A stretch of DNA of 64,000 bases from Planctomycetota bacterium (GCA_965248445.1 CBDFJG010000003.1:1216001-1280000), one strand, 5' to 3'; shown: positions 1-10,270, numbered from the stretch's first letter. Notes: a model not told the origin generated them from the sequence alone. Translations and numbers: made by a program.

Positions 1-373
1 TGCGCGGACGGCTCGAGCGACTGATCGCGAACGACGACTCGGCTCTGGCCAACCATCTGCGCCCCCGCGTGGTCGCCCTCTTCACCTATGCGCGGACCCA
101 GGACGTGAGTCCGACGAACAACGCCGCCGAGCGCGCGGTCCGCAAAGCGGTGCTCTGGCGCAAGGGCTCCTTCGGAAGCCAGTCCGCTCGCGGACTCCGC
201 TTCGCCGAGCGCGTGTTGACCGCCGCGGCCACGCTGCGACGCCGTGGCGACCAAGTCTTCGACTTCCTCGCCGACTCGGTCGCCGCGCACCTCACCGGCG
301 CCGACCCGCCCGTCATGGTCCCGATGCCCGTCGCACGCTGAGGCTCACACGCTGTCAAGGGGTGAACGGTTAC
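1..373 (+). mobile_element. Right end of an IS66-family insertion sequence (transposase C-terminus plus right terminal IR)
   Basis: ORF ending at 341 encodes PTNNAAERAVRKAVLWRKGSFGSQS, typical of the IS66 TnpC C-terminus. It is followed by GGGGTGAACGGTTAC ending at 373 (reverse complement starts GTAA, the IS66 terminus). The rest of the element lies outside the window. Confidence 0.85.
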
Positions 374-1094
374 GCTGGCTGCGCGGCAACTTCCGCGCGG
401 AGATCCGCGACGTGCTCGGGTTCGTCGGGGGACTCCTGGTCCTTGCGGCGTTGCTACGCCGCGGGCGAGCACTGGAGTTCGCCGGCGCCTGGTACGCATC
501 GATCCTCGTCTTCTACGTGATCACTGCGGACACGTCCGGCGACGCATGGGCGTTCTACTACCACGCCAACTCGGTCGCCCCGGCCGCCCTGCTCATGGGC
601 GCGGGGGTCGACGCGCTCCGCTCGTTCCGCCCGCAGGTGGTGCGTCTGGCGGGGCCGGCGCTCGTGGTCCTCGCGTGCGTCGCGCTCACGCGTGAGTCAT
701 TGGACGTGCATCGGCAGCGCAACGACGGGGCGGTCCGGCAGGACTTGCGCGCCGCGTGCCTGGTGTTCGCCGACCACCTGCCTACGGACGCGCGGATCGC
801 TGTTCGCGGGGGCTACCGCATGGACGCGCACGGTCACCCGGTCGCGTTCAACGAATCGATGGCGTACGCATGGCTCGACCGGAAGGGTGAGAACTACCCA
901 ATCGAGGACGCTCCCCGGCCACGCTCCTCGGCATGGCCGAACGCGGCTGCACCCACTGGATCGTCCAGCCTGCCGATCTCGCGGACGAGATGCTCGCGGC
1001 GTTCGTGCGCGGCAGTGACGCGACCATCGCGGAAGCGCACGGTCACCTGCTCATCGACCTGCGCTCCGAGGATGAGCGCGTCTCTCTCAGATAG
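374..1094 (+). pseudogene. 3' remnant of a multi-TM membrane protein (GT-C/ArnT-like glycosyltransferase), cut by IS66 and frameshifted near 911
   Basis: Hydrophobic segments begin right at the IS end (WLRGNFRAEIRDVLGFVGGLLVLAALL...YYHANSVAPAALLMG). After IED at ~911 the plausible protein continues in another frame (SPATLLGMAERGCTHWIVQPADL...VSLR, TAG 1092-1094). The family call rests on topology and context. Confidence 0.6.
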
Positions 1095-1349
1095 AGAGAA
1101 GCGTCCAGCACGCCCGGCACTCCCGTTGCGATACGGACCACGGAGACACCGTTCATCTCCGTGTGCGAGACGCGAAGCGGTGCCTCCGGACCATCGGGTA
1201 AGGGGGAGGCAGACAGCCTTGCGTGACACGACTTCGAGCGCGCGTCCGTGGCGTTCCGCCGCCTCCCCCCTGCCCGGTACTGCACCGTTCCCCGCGCTGG
1301 ACATCCGGACCGGATCGTTCACCGCGATCAACGCCTGGGGGCTATCGAA

Positions 1350-2354
1350 ATGAGAATCGCCGTCACCGGTTCCGCCGGATTCCTCGGTTCACACCTCGTG
1401 GACCGCCTGCTCGGCCTCGGCCACACCGTGGTCGGGTTCGACAGCCTGCTCTACGGGGCGAGGCGGAACTTCGAGCATCACACCTCGAACCGCCGTTTCA
1501 CCTTCGTGGAAGCCGACGTTCGTGACTCCGAGGCACTCGGCAAGGCGTGCCGCGGGGCCGACGTGATCGTGCACCTCGCCGCACACAAGATCCCGCGGTA
1601 CGGCGGTGCGCTGGACACCCTCCTCGTGAACACTGAGGGCACGCGAAACGTGCTCGATGCAGCCCGGGACGGACAGCGCAAGGTCGTCCTCGCTTCGACC
1701 AGCGACGTGTACGGCAAGTCCCCCGACCTTCCGTTCAAGGAAGACGGCGACCTCGTGCTCGGCTCCAGCAAGGTCAAGCGCTGGGCGTACGCAACGTCCA
1801 AGCTGTTCGACGAGCACCTCGCCTTCGCGTACATGGACGAGTACGACCTGCCGGTCGTCGCGCTGCGCTTTTTCGGTAGCTACGGCCCGCGCCACCATCT
1901 CTCCTGGTGGGGCGGACCGCAGTCGGTCTTCATGTCGAGCGTCATGAACGACGAACCGATGACGATCCACGGCGACGGACAGCAGACGCGCTCCTTCACG
2001 TACGTCTCCGACACCGTCGACGGGATCGTGCGCGCGACGCTCTCGCATGCGGCCGACGGCGAGATCCTGAACCTCGGCAACAACCACGAAATCACGATCC
2101 TCGAGCTGGCAGAGACCATCTACCGGCTCTGCGACGCACCGGGCAGGGCGAACCTCGAATTCATCCCTTACAAGACGTTCTCCGGAGGCAAGTACGAAGA
2201 CGTGCGTCGGCGCGTCCCTGACTGCAGCAAGGCGGCTCGCCTCCTTGACTGGCGCGCCCACGTCGATCTCGAAACCGGACTCACGCGGACGATCGAATGG
2301 CACCGCGCGGCGCTGGCAACCGCGACGTCCATGACCGTAAGCGGTGCAGCATGA
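1350..2354 (+). CDS. NAD-dependent nucleotide-sugar epimerase/dehydratase (UDP-glucuronate decarboxylase-like SDR)
   Basis: MRIAVTGSAGFLGSHL Rossmann motif, ASTSDVYG, YATSK (YxxxK), GDGQQTRSFTYVSD. Confidence 0.9.
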   Translation: MRIAVTGSAGFLGSHLVDRLLGLGHTVVGFDSLLYGARRNFEHHTSNRRFTFVEADVRDSEALGKACRGADVIVHLAAHKIPRYGGALDTLLVNTEGTRNVLDAARDGQRKVVLASTSDVYGKSPDLPFKEDGDLVLGSSKVKRWAYATSKLFDEHLAFAYMDEYDLPVVALRFFGSYGPRHHLSWWGGPQSVFMSSVMNDEPMTIHGDGQQTRSFTYVSDTVDGIVRATLSHAADGEILNLGNNHEITILELAETIYRLCDAPGRANLEFIPYKTFSGGKYEDVRRRVPDCSKAARLLDWRAHVDLETGLTRTIEWHRAALATATSMTVSGAA

Positions 2355-3199
2355 ACAGTCTTCGACGCCGCCGCATCCACTTCATCGTGCCCGCGTACAA
2401 CGAGTGGCAGAACGTCCCGTTCCTCCTGCGGAACCTCGCTGGGTTCGCACGCTACACCGGTGAACAGGTCAGTGTTGTCCTGGTGGACGACGGTTCGACC
2501 GACGGCACTGCCGAAACCGCAGAGGAGGTGGCCCGCAGGACGCACGAACTCGACGTTCGCATCATTCGACACGCGCGCAACCGCGGTCCAGGCGCCGCCT
2601 TCCGCACGGGGATCGCAACCGCGTTGCAGCAGGCGCACGACGACGACTTCATCGTGACGATCGAGGCGGACAACACGTCCGACATCCTCCTGGTCACCAA
2701 GATGCTCGACCGCGCCGAGCGTGGCAGCGACCTGGTCCTTGCCACCGTGTACGGATCAGGACGAATCGTCGGCGCCTCGCTGCTCCGCAGCGTGCTTTCC
2801 GCTGGAGCGAACGCCCTCGTCAAGCTCCGCTTCGGTCTGTTCGGCATCACGACGTTCTCGTCGTTCTTCCGGCTGCACCGGGCGTCGCTGCTGAGGCGAG
2901 CCTCGAGCGCCTACGGCGGGAGGCTCATCGAGGAGCCTGGGTTCGTGTGCATGGTGGAGCTTCTGGTCAAGCTCAAGCGCCTCGGCGCAAGCGTCGACGA
3001 GGTTCCTATGCTCCTCGACGCACGCGCCCGCCGGGGCGGAAGCAAGATGAAGGTGCTGCGCACCGTCGGCACGTACCTACGGATCCTCCGTGGGATCGCT
3101 CGTCCGGAGCAGTTCGCCGACTCCGCCGTCCCCGCACCGCAGATCGCGCCGCCCCGGGCCCGGATGCCCGCGCGTGCACCCGACTACGTGACCGCATGA
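2351..3199 (+). CDS. GT2 glycosyltransferase (polyprenol-phosphate glycosyltransferase, DPM1-like)
   Basis: IVPAYNE, VDDGSTDGT, NRGPGAAFRTG, EAD, RRGGSKM motifs; ATGA overlap with upstream gene. Confidence 0.88.
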   Translation: MNSLRRRRIHFIVPAYNEWQNVPFLLRNLAGFARYTGEQVSVVLVDDGSTDGTAETAEEVARRTHELDVRIIRHARNRGPGAAFRTGIATALQQAHDDDFIVTIEADNTSDILLVTKMLDRAERGSDLVLATVYGSGRIVGASLLRSVLSAGANALVKLRFGLFGITTFSSFFRLHRASLLRRASSAYGGRLIEEPGFVCMVELLVKLKRLGASVDEVPMLLDARARRGGSKMKVLRTVGTYLRILRGIARPEQFADSAVPAPQIAPPRARMPARAPDYVTA

Positions 3200-4575
3200 C
3201 CGTGGCCGCCGCACCCGTGACTCGCCGCAGCGCCGGCGCAGAGGGACGACCCGGCGCGCAGGGCCGGACCAAGGACGTAGCGGTGCTCGGCGGAGGAATC
3301 CTCGGCCTGACGATCGCATACCGCCTGGCTCGTGCGGGACACTCGGTCACCGTGCATGAGGCGAGCCCCTACCTCGGTGGACTCGCCAGCGCCGTCGAGA
3401 TTGCCGGCTCCCGCGTCGACCGCTACTACCACGTGATCCTGGCGTCGGACGAGCACCTGATGCGGCTGTTCGAGGAGCTCGAGCTCCAGGACCACATGCG
3501 TTGGGGAACGACCAAGATGGCGTTCTTCCACGAGGGACGTTTGTTCCCGATGTCCACGGCGTCGGAGTTCTTCCGTTTTCCGCCCCTCTCGATGCTCGAC
3601 CGGCTCCGCCTGGCACGCACTCTCGCGACAGCGAAGTTCACGCGCGACTGGCGCTCGCTGGACAACGTCTCGCTCGAGGAGTGGCTCACGCGCCTCTCCG
3701 GCAAGCGAACGTACGAGAACGTCTGGCGCCCGCTGCTTGCGTCCAAGTTCGACGGCGCGGCGGACCGCGTTCCCGCCACGTACATCTGGTCGCGCATCCG
3801 GCGCATGACCTCGACCCGCCAGGGCGTGCGGCAGAAGGAGGCCATGGGCCACCTCGCCGGCGGATACGAGACGCTCGCCATCGCGCTGGCGCAGCGCCTC
3901 GAGCAGATGGGCGGCAGCGTGCTCCAGAACTCGCGCGTCGAGAAGATCGCTCTGGAGAACGGCGCCGCCCGCGGACTCGTCATCGACGGTCAGCTGCAGA
4001 GCTACGACGCCGTGGTCGCGACCGCGGCCGACCCGATCCTGGCTCGCCTGCTGCCCGACGCGCCGCCCGCGATGCAGACGGAACTGGCCGGTGCGAAGTA
4101 CCTCGGGATCGCGTCGCTGCTGCTTCTGCTGGATCGTCCGCTGTCGCCCTACTACAGCGTCAACCTGACCGACCGCAGCATCCCGCTGACAGGCATCATC
4201 GAGACGACGACGCTGATCGATCCCGAGTCAGTCGGCGGCCATCTCGTGTACCTGCCCAAGTACTGCAAGCAGGAGAGCGCATACCTCACGATGGACGAGG
4301 ACGACGTGCGCGACGAATTCCTCGGTCATCTCGAGAGCGTGTTTCCGGAGTTCGACCGGAGCTGGATCAAGGGTTCGCTGCTCGGCCGCTCGCGGCTGGT
4401 CGAACCGATCCATGAGATCGCCGAGACCCGTGACCTCCCGGGCGCGAGCACGCCGGTTCCCGGCCTGTTCATCTCGAACACGAGACGCATCTACCCCGCA
4501 CTCCACAACTGCGAGGCCGTCGTCGGTCTGGCCGAACGAGCCGTCCCGGAGGTCCTCGAAACCCTCGACGCCTGA
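3196..4575 (+). CDS. FAD-dependent oxidoreductase (amine oxidase/HemY-like, glycosylation-locus type)
   Basis: VAVLGGGILGLTIAYRL...HEASPYLGGLA dinucleotide-binding motif, DRYYH; ATGA overlap. Confidence 0.82.
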   Translation: MTVAAAPVTRRSAGAEGRPGAQGRTKDVAVLGGGILGLTIAYRLARAGHSVTVHEASPYLGGLASAVEIAGSRVDRYYHVILASDEHLMRLFEELELQDHMRWGTTKMAFFHEGRLFPMSTASEFFRFPPLSMLDRLRLARTLATAKFTRDWRSLDNVSLEEWLTRLSGKRTYENVWRPLLASKFDGAADRVPATYIWSRIRRMTSTRQGVRQKEAMGHLAGGYETLAIALAQRLEQMGGSVLQNSRVEKIALENGAARGLVIDGQLQSYDAVVATAADPILARLLPDAPPAMQTELAGAKYLGIASLLLLLDRPLSPYYSVNLTDRSIPLTGIIETTTLIDPESVGGHLVYLPKYCKQESAYLTMDEDDVRDEFLGHLESVFPEFDRSWIKGSLLGRSRLVEPIHEIAETRDLPGASTPVPGLFISNTRRIYPALHNCEAVVGLAERAVPEVLETLDA

Positions 4576-4578
4576 CCG

Positions 4579-6444
4579 ATGCGCCGTCCCCGCATCTCGA
4601 CCGTCCTCATCACGCTGATCGCGCTCGCCGCGGTCGCGCGCTGGATCGATGTACACCCGTACACGTATCGCGCGCACGAGCCGGAGCTGCACGGCACGGC
4701 GAAGCGGTTCGAACGAACCGCCGACGTGCTCGTTCTCGTCGACCCCGGCTCGGTGTACGGCGCCGCGGGCGATTCGTTCGAGAACGGCGACTGGTCGTAC
4801 GGGTGGATGAACCTCGCGGAACAGGAGTTCGGCCGCTTCGCCCTGACGTCGACGGTGTATGCCGGTGATCTCGCCGGGCGCCGCGCCGTGGTCGTGACCC
4901 GCAGTGCCCTCGGCGGAGCCACCGTCATGCTCCCCGAACTGCGCGACTTCGTCCGTGACGGTGGACTGCTGGTGCTCGAACAGCCGGACGCCTCGTGGCA
5001 GGAGTTTGCCGGTGCTCACTGCGGAGAGCCCGTGGACCAGCCGGGCGCACTCACGCTCCCCGGCGCCGATCCCGAGACCGCCGACGACCTATCGCACGTG
5101 CCGCTCGTGGCGGGCTCCGTGCGGTCGCTTCTTCTCGCACCGGACGCAACGCCGCACTTGCGGGTGGGCAACGCTGTGGTCGCTTCGACGATCGAACGCG
5201 GCGACGGGGCGGTCCTGTCGCTCGGCCTCGACGTCGGCCGGGCGATCACGGCGCTCCAGCAGGGCACGCCGGCCCCCGGGACGTTCTCCGTGCGCAACCG
5301 CTACCCGGACGTGCTGACCGCGCACATCCAGTCGAACGACCTGGTGGCGGATGCCGCGCTCCTGGGCAGCACGATCCCCGTGGCGGACGTCCTCGAACGC
5401 GTGGTCGTCGCCCTGTTCGACCGCCACGCCCCGCTGCCCCGCTGGTGGGCGTATCCCGACGCCGCGCCGGGCGCGTATCTCGCCACTCACGACGAGGAGG
5501 AGATGGGCGAGAACGCCGCGTGGATGGCCGACGCCGAGCGCTCGTGGGGAGTCGCGGGGTCGGACTTCGTGATCGGCGGGCATCACCTGACGCCGGGCGC
5601 GGTCCAGCGATTCGGAGGAGCGGGCCGGACGCTCGGCCTGCACTACGTGACCAGTCTCGATGCCGGTGCCCCCCGGCACGAACTCGGGATCTGGCGCTTC
5701 CGTCCCGCAGTGCGGCCTCAGACGCTCGCGGAGCAGGCCGCCGTCTTCGAGGAACACGCGTCGCGCAAGCCGCGCAGCAACCGCAACCACTATCTCCTGT
5801 GGGACGAAACATACGCCGGACTGTTCCGACGCATGGCCGCGCAGGGCATTCGCGTGGACTCGACCTACGGGCCGGACGTCGGAGCGAAGGGGTACCTGTT
5901 CGGGACGGCCCAGCCGTTCATCGCGCTCGACCGCAACGGACTGCCGCTGCCGGTTCGCGAAGTGCCGTTCCAGACGGCCGAGGATCTCGGAGGCGCGGAT
6001 CGCGCGTTCATCTGGAAGCTCCTGGCCGACAGCGCCTCCCGTCATCACCAGCCGGTCCACACGCTGTTCCACCCGAACGTGTTCGGGTGGCGTCCTGACG
6101 CGACGCTCTACGAGACGTGGCGTGACTCCTTCCGGGAGGCGAAGCGGCTGGGCCTTCACATCACGTCGGTCGAAGCACTCGTCGCGACGCAGCGGGCGCG
6201 GGGCGCTTCCGCGATGCGCTCGACCTGGAGCGACCGCGTCCTGGCGATCGAGGTCGACGCGGCGCACGACGGCGCGACGCTCGCGATCCCGGCGGTCTGG
6301 GACGGAGTCCGCGGAGCCGTCAGCGTCGACGGCGACCCCGTGACCGCACAGCGAGTTTCCTACGCCGGCGGCGATCTCCTGCTCGTGGTGACCGCGCCCG
6401 GCGCGCGTTCCGTGCGCGTGGTCTACGGGGAGACCGCGCGATGA
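4579..6444 (+). CDS. Exported protein with polysaccharide-deacetylase-like domain (paralog 1)
   Basis: N-terminal signal/anchor; ATHDEE, RNHYL, DSTYGP..GYLFGT..PF, LFHP motifs resemble NodB/CE4-like metal sites. Confidence 0.6.
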   Translation: MRRPRISTVLITLIALAAVARWIDVHPYTYRAHEPELHGTAKRFERTADVLVLVDPGSVYGAAGDSFENGDWSYGWMNLAEQEFGRFALTSTVYAGDLAGRRAVVVTRSALGGATVMLPELRDFVRDGGLLVLEQPDASWQEFAGAHCGEPVDQPGALTLPGADPETADDLSHVPLVAGSVRSLLLAPDATPHLRVGNAVVASTIERGDGAVLSLGLDVGRAITALQQGTPAPGTFSVRNRYPDVLTAHIQSNDLVADAALLGSTIPVADVLERVVVALFDRHAPLPRWWAYPDAAPGAYLATHDEEEMGENAAWMADAERSWGVAGSDFVIGGHHLTPGAVQRFGGAGRTLGLHYVTSLDAGAPRHELGIWRFRPAVRPQTLAEQAAVFEEHASRKPRSNRNHYLLWDETYAGLFRRMAAQGIRVDSTYGPDVGAKGYLFGTAQPFIALDRNGLPLPVREVPFQTAEDLGGADRAFIWKLLADSASRHHQPVHTLFHPNVFGWRPDATLYETWRDSFREAKRLGLHITSVEALVATQRARGASAMRSTWSDRVLAIEVDAAHDGATLAIPAVWDGVRGAVSVDGDPVTAQRVSYAGGDLLLVVTAPGARSVRVVYGETAR

Positions 6445-8069
6445 GCCGACTCCGCGCACTCCTACTGACGGGTCTCGTCCTCGCGGGCACCGGCGCCCTG
6501 TTGCAGCGCAGTCCGGTGGAGTTCGCAACGCACGAGACCGAGCTTGCGGCGCCCCTGCCCCGCGGGACGCTCGACACGGCGGAGGTCTGCCTCGTCGCGT
6601 CGCCCGAGCGCGTGCGTGAGCGTTCGCAGAAAGGGCGGGACGACACGTTCGCGTGGGTCTCGTTCCTCGAGCAGGAGTTCGGCCCGTGGCGCCTGGCCGT
6701 ACCCGGCGACGAGGCGGATGGCGGACTGGAACGCCAGATGCACGGTGTGCGACTCGCCGTCGTACCGGAGTCCGCGTGGACCGATCTCTCGCCATCGGAT
6801 CGCGCCGCTCTCGCGAACCACCCCACCGCACACATCCTCGTCGAGGGACCGGCCGCCCGCGCACAGTCGCTCGGCGGGCACGCTCTGGCCATCGACGATT
6901 TCGCAGCGGGACTGGCGAGGATGCAACAGGGCGAGACCGGCGCGCTGGACCGGGAGTACCCCGGCGTGCGCAGCGGCCTCGTGCAGCCCCACGGGTTCCT
7001 GCCCGAGGGCTCAGAACCGCGCGCCCTCGCGCCGGCGGCCGACCTGAAGGAGCGAGCGCTCCTCGCAGACATCGAACGAATGACGCCGATAGCGGGGTGG
7101 TGGCCATTCCCCGGAGGAGCACCCGCGTACGTCGCGGTGACGCACGACGAGGAGCGCTTCGGCGACAAGTCCGCGTGGCTGCCCGAGGCGTTCGCCGAGC
7201 GCGGCGTCGCGACGACGGGCTTCATCATCCCGGATCGGATCGGCCGGAGCGGAGTCGCGGCGATGCAAGCCGCCCGCACAGACGTCCATCTGCATTGGGA
7301 TCGCGGGTTCTTCGGCGAGATGCCCCTGAGGCACATGGGCATCGGGCCGCTCGCCCCCGCCGTGCGCCGGTCGTCGCTGCTGGAGCAGGTCTCGGACTCC
7401 CGCGACCTGGGCGTGGTGCAGAGCGACGTGGTGATGAACCGCACGCACGGGCTGATCTTCGATCCCGATCCGGCCAAGACGTTCCGGATGCTCCACGCAG
7501 CCGGCGTCACCGTGGATTCCACGTACGGCCCCTCCGGCCCCGACCGTTTCGGGTATCTGTTCGGGACGGGGCTTCCGTTCCGCCCGCTCGACGCCACGGG
7601 CTGGCCGTTCCCGCTTGTCGAAGTGCCGTTCCTGTTCCAGGAGGACGAGGCCTGGAGCCGCGACGACCAGGACCGGATCATCCGCGAAGCCGCCTCGACT
7701 CACCACCAACTCGTCGTCGGCGTCTACCACACGAACTCGATGTCGCGCGTCCCGTCCGCCGAGTTGATCGAGGGCATGCTGGCGGTCGGTGAGTCGGCGA
7801 GGACGGCCGGCGCTGACCACGGATCGCTCGAGCGGTTCATCCGCCACTGGAACGCGCGCCTGCGTTCGCGGCTCACGACGACGGTGCACGACGGCGTCGT
7901 GCGCGTCGCAGCCAACGCCGCACTCGCCGGGCTCTCCGTGCGCCTGCCTGCCGACGCCGCTGGCGACGTGCTCGTCGACGGCGTCCTCACGCCTCCGGTG
8001 CGTCACGGGCCCTACATTGTGGTGCCGCTGCCCCACGGCGAGCACACGGTCGAGGTCGTGTACCGATGA
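6441..8069 (+). CDS. Exported protein with polysaccharide-deacetylase-like domain (paralog 2)
   Basis: VTHDEE, RTHGL, DSTYGP..GYLFGT..PF, VYHT; clearly homologous to the upstream ORF; ATGA overlap. Confidence 0.6.
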   Translation: MSRLRALLLTGLVLAGTGALLQRSPVEFATHETELAAPLPRGTLDTAEVCLVASPERVRERSQKGRDDTFAWVSFLEQEFGPWRLAVPGDEADGGLERQMHGVRLAVVPESAWTDLSPSDRAALANHPTAHILVEGPAARAQSLGGHALAIDDFAAGLARMQQGETGALDREYPGVRSGLVQPHGFLPEGSEPRALAPAADLKERALLADIERMTPIAGWWPFPGGAPAYVAVTHDEERFGDKSAWLPEAFAERGVATTGFIIPDRIGRSGVAAMQAARTDVHLHWDRGFFGEMPLRHMGIGPLAPAVRRSSLLEQVSDSRDLGVVQSDVVMNRTHGLIFDPDPAKTFRMLHAAGVTVDSTYGPSGPDRFGYLFGTGLPFRPLDATGWPFPLVEVPFLFQEDEAWSRDDQDRIIREAASTHHQLVVGVYHTNSMSRVPSAELIEGMLAVGESARTAGADHGSLERFIRHWNARLRSRLTTTVHDGVVRVAANAALAGLSVRLPADAAGDVLVDGVLTPPVRHGPYIVVPLPHGEHTVEVVYR

Positions 8070-9715
8070 GCAGGACAAACTGGATTGCCGCCCTGGCAAC
8101 ACTGTGTGTCGCCTGCCTCCTGGTCCCCGACATGCTCCTCGCCTCGCCCAGCACGGCGCGCATGGTGTTCACTCTGGCAATCGCGACCGCTCTCGGCATC
8201 GTCCTGTTGAACAGCGGGTGGAGAGACCGGGTGGTCGCCCTGCTGGGCCGCCGTCACACGGCGCACGTGCTGCTCGGCGCATGGATCGTCGTCGGGCTCG
8301 GCATGCAGGTGATGAAGCTGCGCGCATTCCACGACTACCCGGGTCACGACCAGGCATACCACGTCCAAGTTCTCTGGAACACGCTCGAGGGCCGGTTCGG
8401 CGAGGGCACGATTCTGCAGCAGCTGCACTTCGATCCGCCGCTGCGCAATCACATGGGATTGCACGTCTCACCTGCGTTCTTTGCACTGCTCCCGCTGTTC
8501 GCGGTGTTCCCGCACGTGGCAACGCTCCTCGTCGTGAAGATCGCCGCAACCGGAGTGGCCGCGTTCGCCCTGCACCGCATCGCGCGAGACGCTGCGGGCG
8601 CCGCGGCGGCCACGGCGATCATGGCGGCATACCTGCTGCACCCAACCGTGCTCAGCCAGTGGACCGGAGACTTCTACCCCGCGATCCTCGCGCCCCCCGC
8701 GCTGTTCTGGGCGATCCTCAACTGGGAGCGCAAGAAGCTGGGGTGGTTCGTGGCGTCACTCGTGACGCTACTCGCGGTCCGCGAGGACCTCGCGTTGACC
8801 GTGTGCGCGTTCGTGCCGTTCGCGATCGTCTCGCGCTTCACGCGTGCGAAGCAGGTACGCCGCATCGCCTGGTACGTCCTGCCTCCGCTCGTCGGCATCG
8901 CATGGCACCAGGTCGCGACGCGCGTGGCGATGCCGTGGGGCGGCGGTGATCCGCTCGCCGAGAACGTCCTCGCGTGGTACGCGGGACTGGGATCGACGCC
9001 GGGCGAGATGATCCAGACTCTCGTCTCCGATCCGCTCTATGCGATCAGCGTCGCGTTCGCGTCGTCGAAGCTGCTGTACCTCTGGCAGGTCCTACGCCCC
9101 CTCGCGCTGTTCCCCCTGGCCGGGCGGCACTCGCTACTCGCACTCCCGGGCATCGCCGTGGTCATCCTCGTGACGGCCGGTGTCGGCCCCCTCGATCCGC
9201 AGACGCACTACTCGAACGTCGTCGCAGCGGGGCTGGCCGCCGGTGCGGCCACGGCGCTCGCGGGCATCCGTGCGCGCTTCGGCGAGAAGACCCTTGGCGC
9301 GGCGTCGCTCGTGCTGCTGGCGGCGGCGCTGACCGGCGTCCCGGACTCGCTGAACGACACCACGCTCCCGCGCATCCAGCGGCCCGACCACGCCGTCGCC
9401 GTCGATGGCGCTCTCGCGCTCATCCCCGAGCACGCTTCGGTGGCGGCGCCGGGCGCGTTCCTCTCGCTCGTCGCCGACGCGCCGACCGCGTACGCGCTCG
9501 ATCACTTCGAGCACTCCCCGCCCGGACTGGACAGTCCGGAGGCCGTGGTCCTGGATCTTCTCCCGTCGCGCATCTCGATGTCGCACGACCGCCTCGCGCA
9601 GTACGAGGCGCGGCTCGCCCGCTTTCGCGCGGATCCCGCCTACGAGATCGCCTTCGAGCAGGACGGGATCATCCTCCTCCTGCGCCGGGACGTCGAGCGC
9701 GCAGACGCTCGCTGA
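8066..9715 (+). CDS. DUF2079-like multi-TM membrane protein (putative GT-C glycosyltransferase)
   Basis: HDQAYHVQVLWNT...HMGLHVSP, DFYP, VRED, THYS motifs and many TM segments. Confidence 0.72.
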   Translation: MSRTNWIAALATLCVACLLVPDMLLASPSTARMVFTLAIATALGIVLLNSGWRDRVVALLGRRHTAHVLLGAWIVVGLGMQVMKLRAFHDYPGHDQAYHVQVLWNTLEGRFGEGTILQQLHFDPPLRNHMGLHVSPAFFALLPLFAVFPHVATLLVVKIAATGVAAFALHRIARDAAGAAAATAIMAAYLLHPTVLSQWTGDFYPAILAPPALFWAILNWERKKLGWFVASLVTLLAVREDLALTVCAFVPFAIVSRFTRAKQVRRIAWYVLPPLVGIAWHQVATRVAMPWGGGDPLAENVLAWYAGLGSTPGEMIQTLVSDPLYAISVAFASSKLLYLWQVLRPLALFPLAGRHSLLALPGIAVVILVTAGVGPLDPQTHYSNVVAAGLAAGAATALAGIRARFGEKTLGAASLVLLAAALTGVPDSLNDTTLPRIQRPDHAVAVDGALALIPEHASVAAPGAFLSLVADAPTAYALDHFEHSPPGLDSPEAVVLDLLPSRISMSHDRLAQYEARLARFRADPAYEIAFEQDGIILLLRRDVERADAR

Positions 9716-9751
9716 GCAATACAGGGCGCGCCGACGGTCGCTGACGCGCCG

Positions 9752-10261
9752 CTACTCGACCGCTTCGCGCACGAGTTCGCGCGACCGCGTCCAGTTCTCC
9801 GTCTCGAGCATGGCGCGGATGCGCGACAGCCGGTCCGATGCGGTCTGCAACTTGGGCCCGGCCTTGGTCTCGAGGAGCTTGGCGAAGTTGGGGTTCATGT
9901 CCCCCTTCTCCGCGAGCAGCGAGAGCGCCTGCGCGCGATACACCCGTTCGAGGTCGACGTGCAGCCGGAGCAATTCGAAGTCCCCGGGGTTCCAACCGGA
10001 GACGAGGAAGAACGCCAGCCGCTCGTTCTCGGGGAGCTTGCGCGGATCGCGCCGCTCGGCGATGGCGAGCAACACGGCGTCGATCGACTCCTGCTTCGGC
10101 GCCGGAAGCGTCATCGCGGTCGTGCGCTCGACGGCTCCGAGTCGCTCCTCGAGCGCCGCCACCCGGTTCTCGAGCTCGGTCACGCGGTCGTCGTCCTTCG
10201 GCGCGTCAGCGCAGGAAGCAAGCAACGCCAGCGCAGCACACCAGAGAATCGGTCGTCTCAC
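9752..10261 (-). CDS. Hypothetical lipoprotein with short coiled coil
   Basis: MRRPILWCAALALLAS-C lipobox; RVTELENRVAALEERL heptads. Confidence 0.7.
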   Translation of the reverse strand: MRRPILWCAALALLASCADAPKDDDRVTELENRVAALEERLGAVERTTAMTLPAPKQESIDAVLLAIAERRDPRKLPENERLAFFLVSGWNPGDFELLRLHVDLERVYRAQALSLLAEKGDMNPNFAKLLETKAGPKLQTASDRLSRIRAMLETENWTRSRELVREAVE

Positions 10262-10270
10262 GACACGAGG

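Noticed and set aside
5089..7122. Long antisense or alternate-frame ORFs (also 23529-25814, 30992-33007, 33304-35841, 44941-47130, 53840-56062)
   Set aside because: They are Arg/Ala/Pro-rich shadows of well-supported genes, expected at this GC content.
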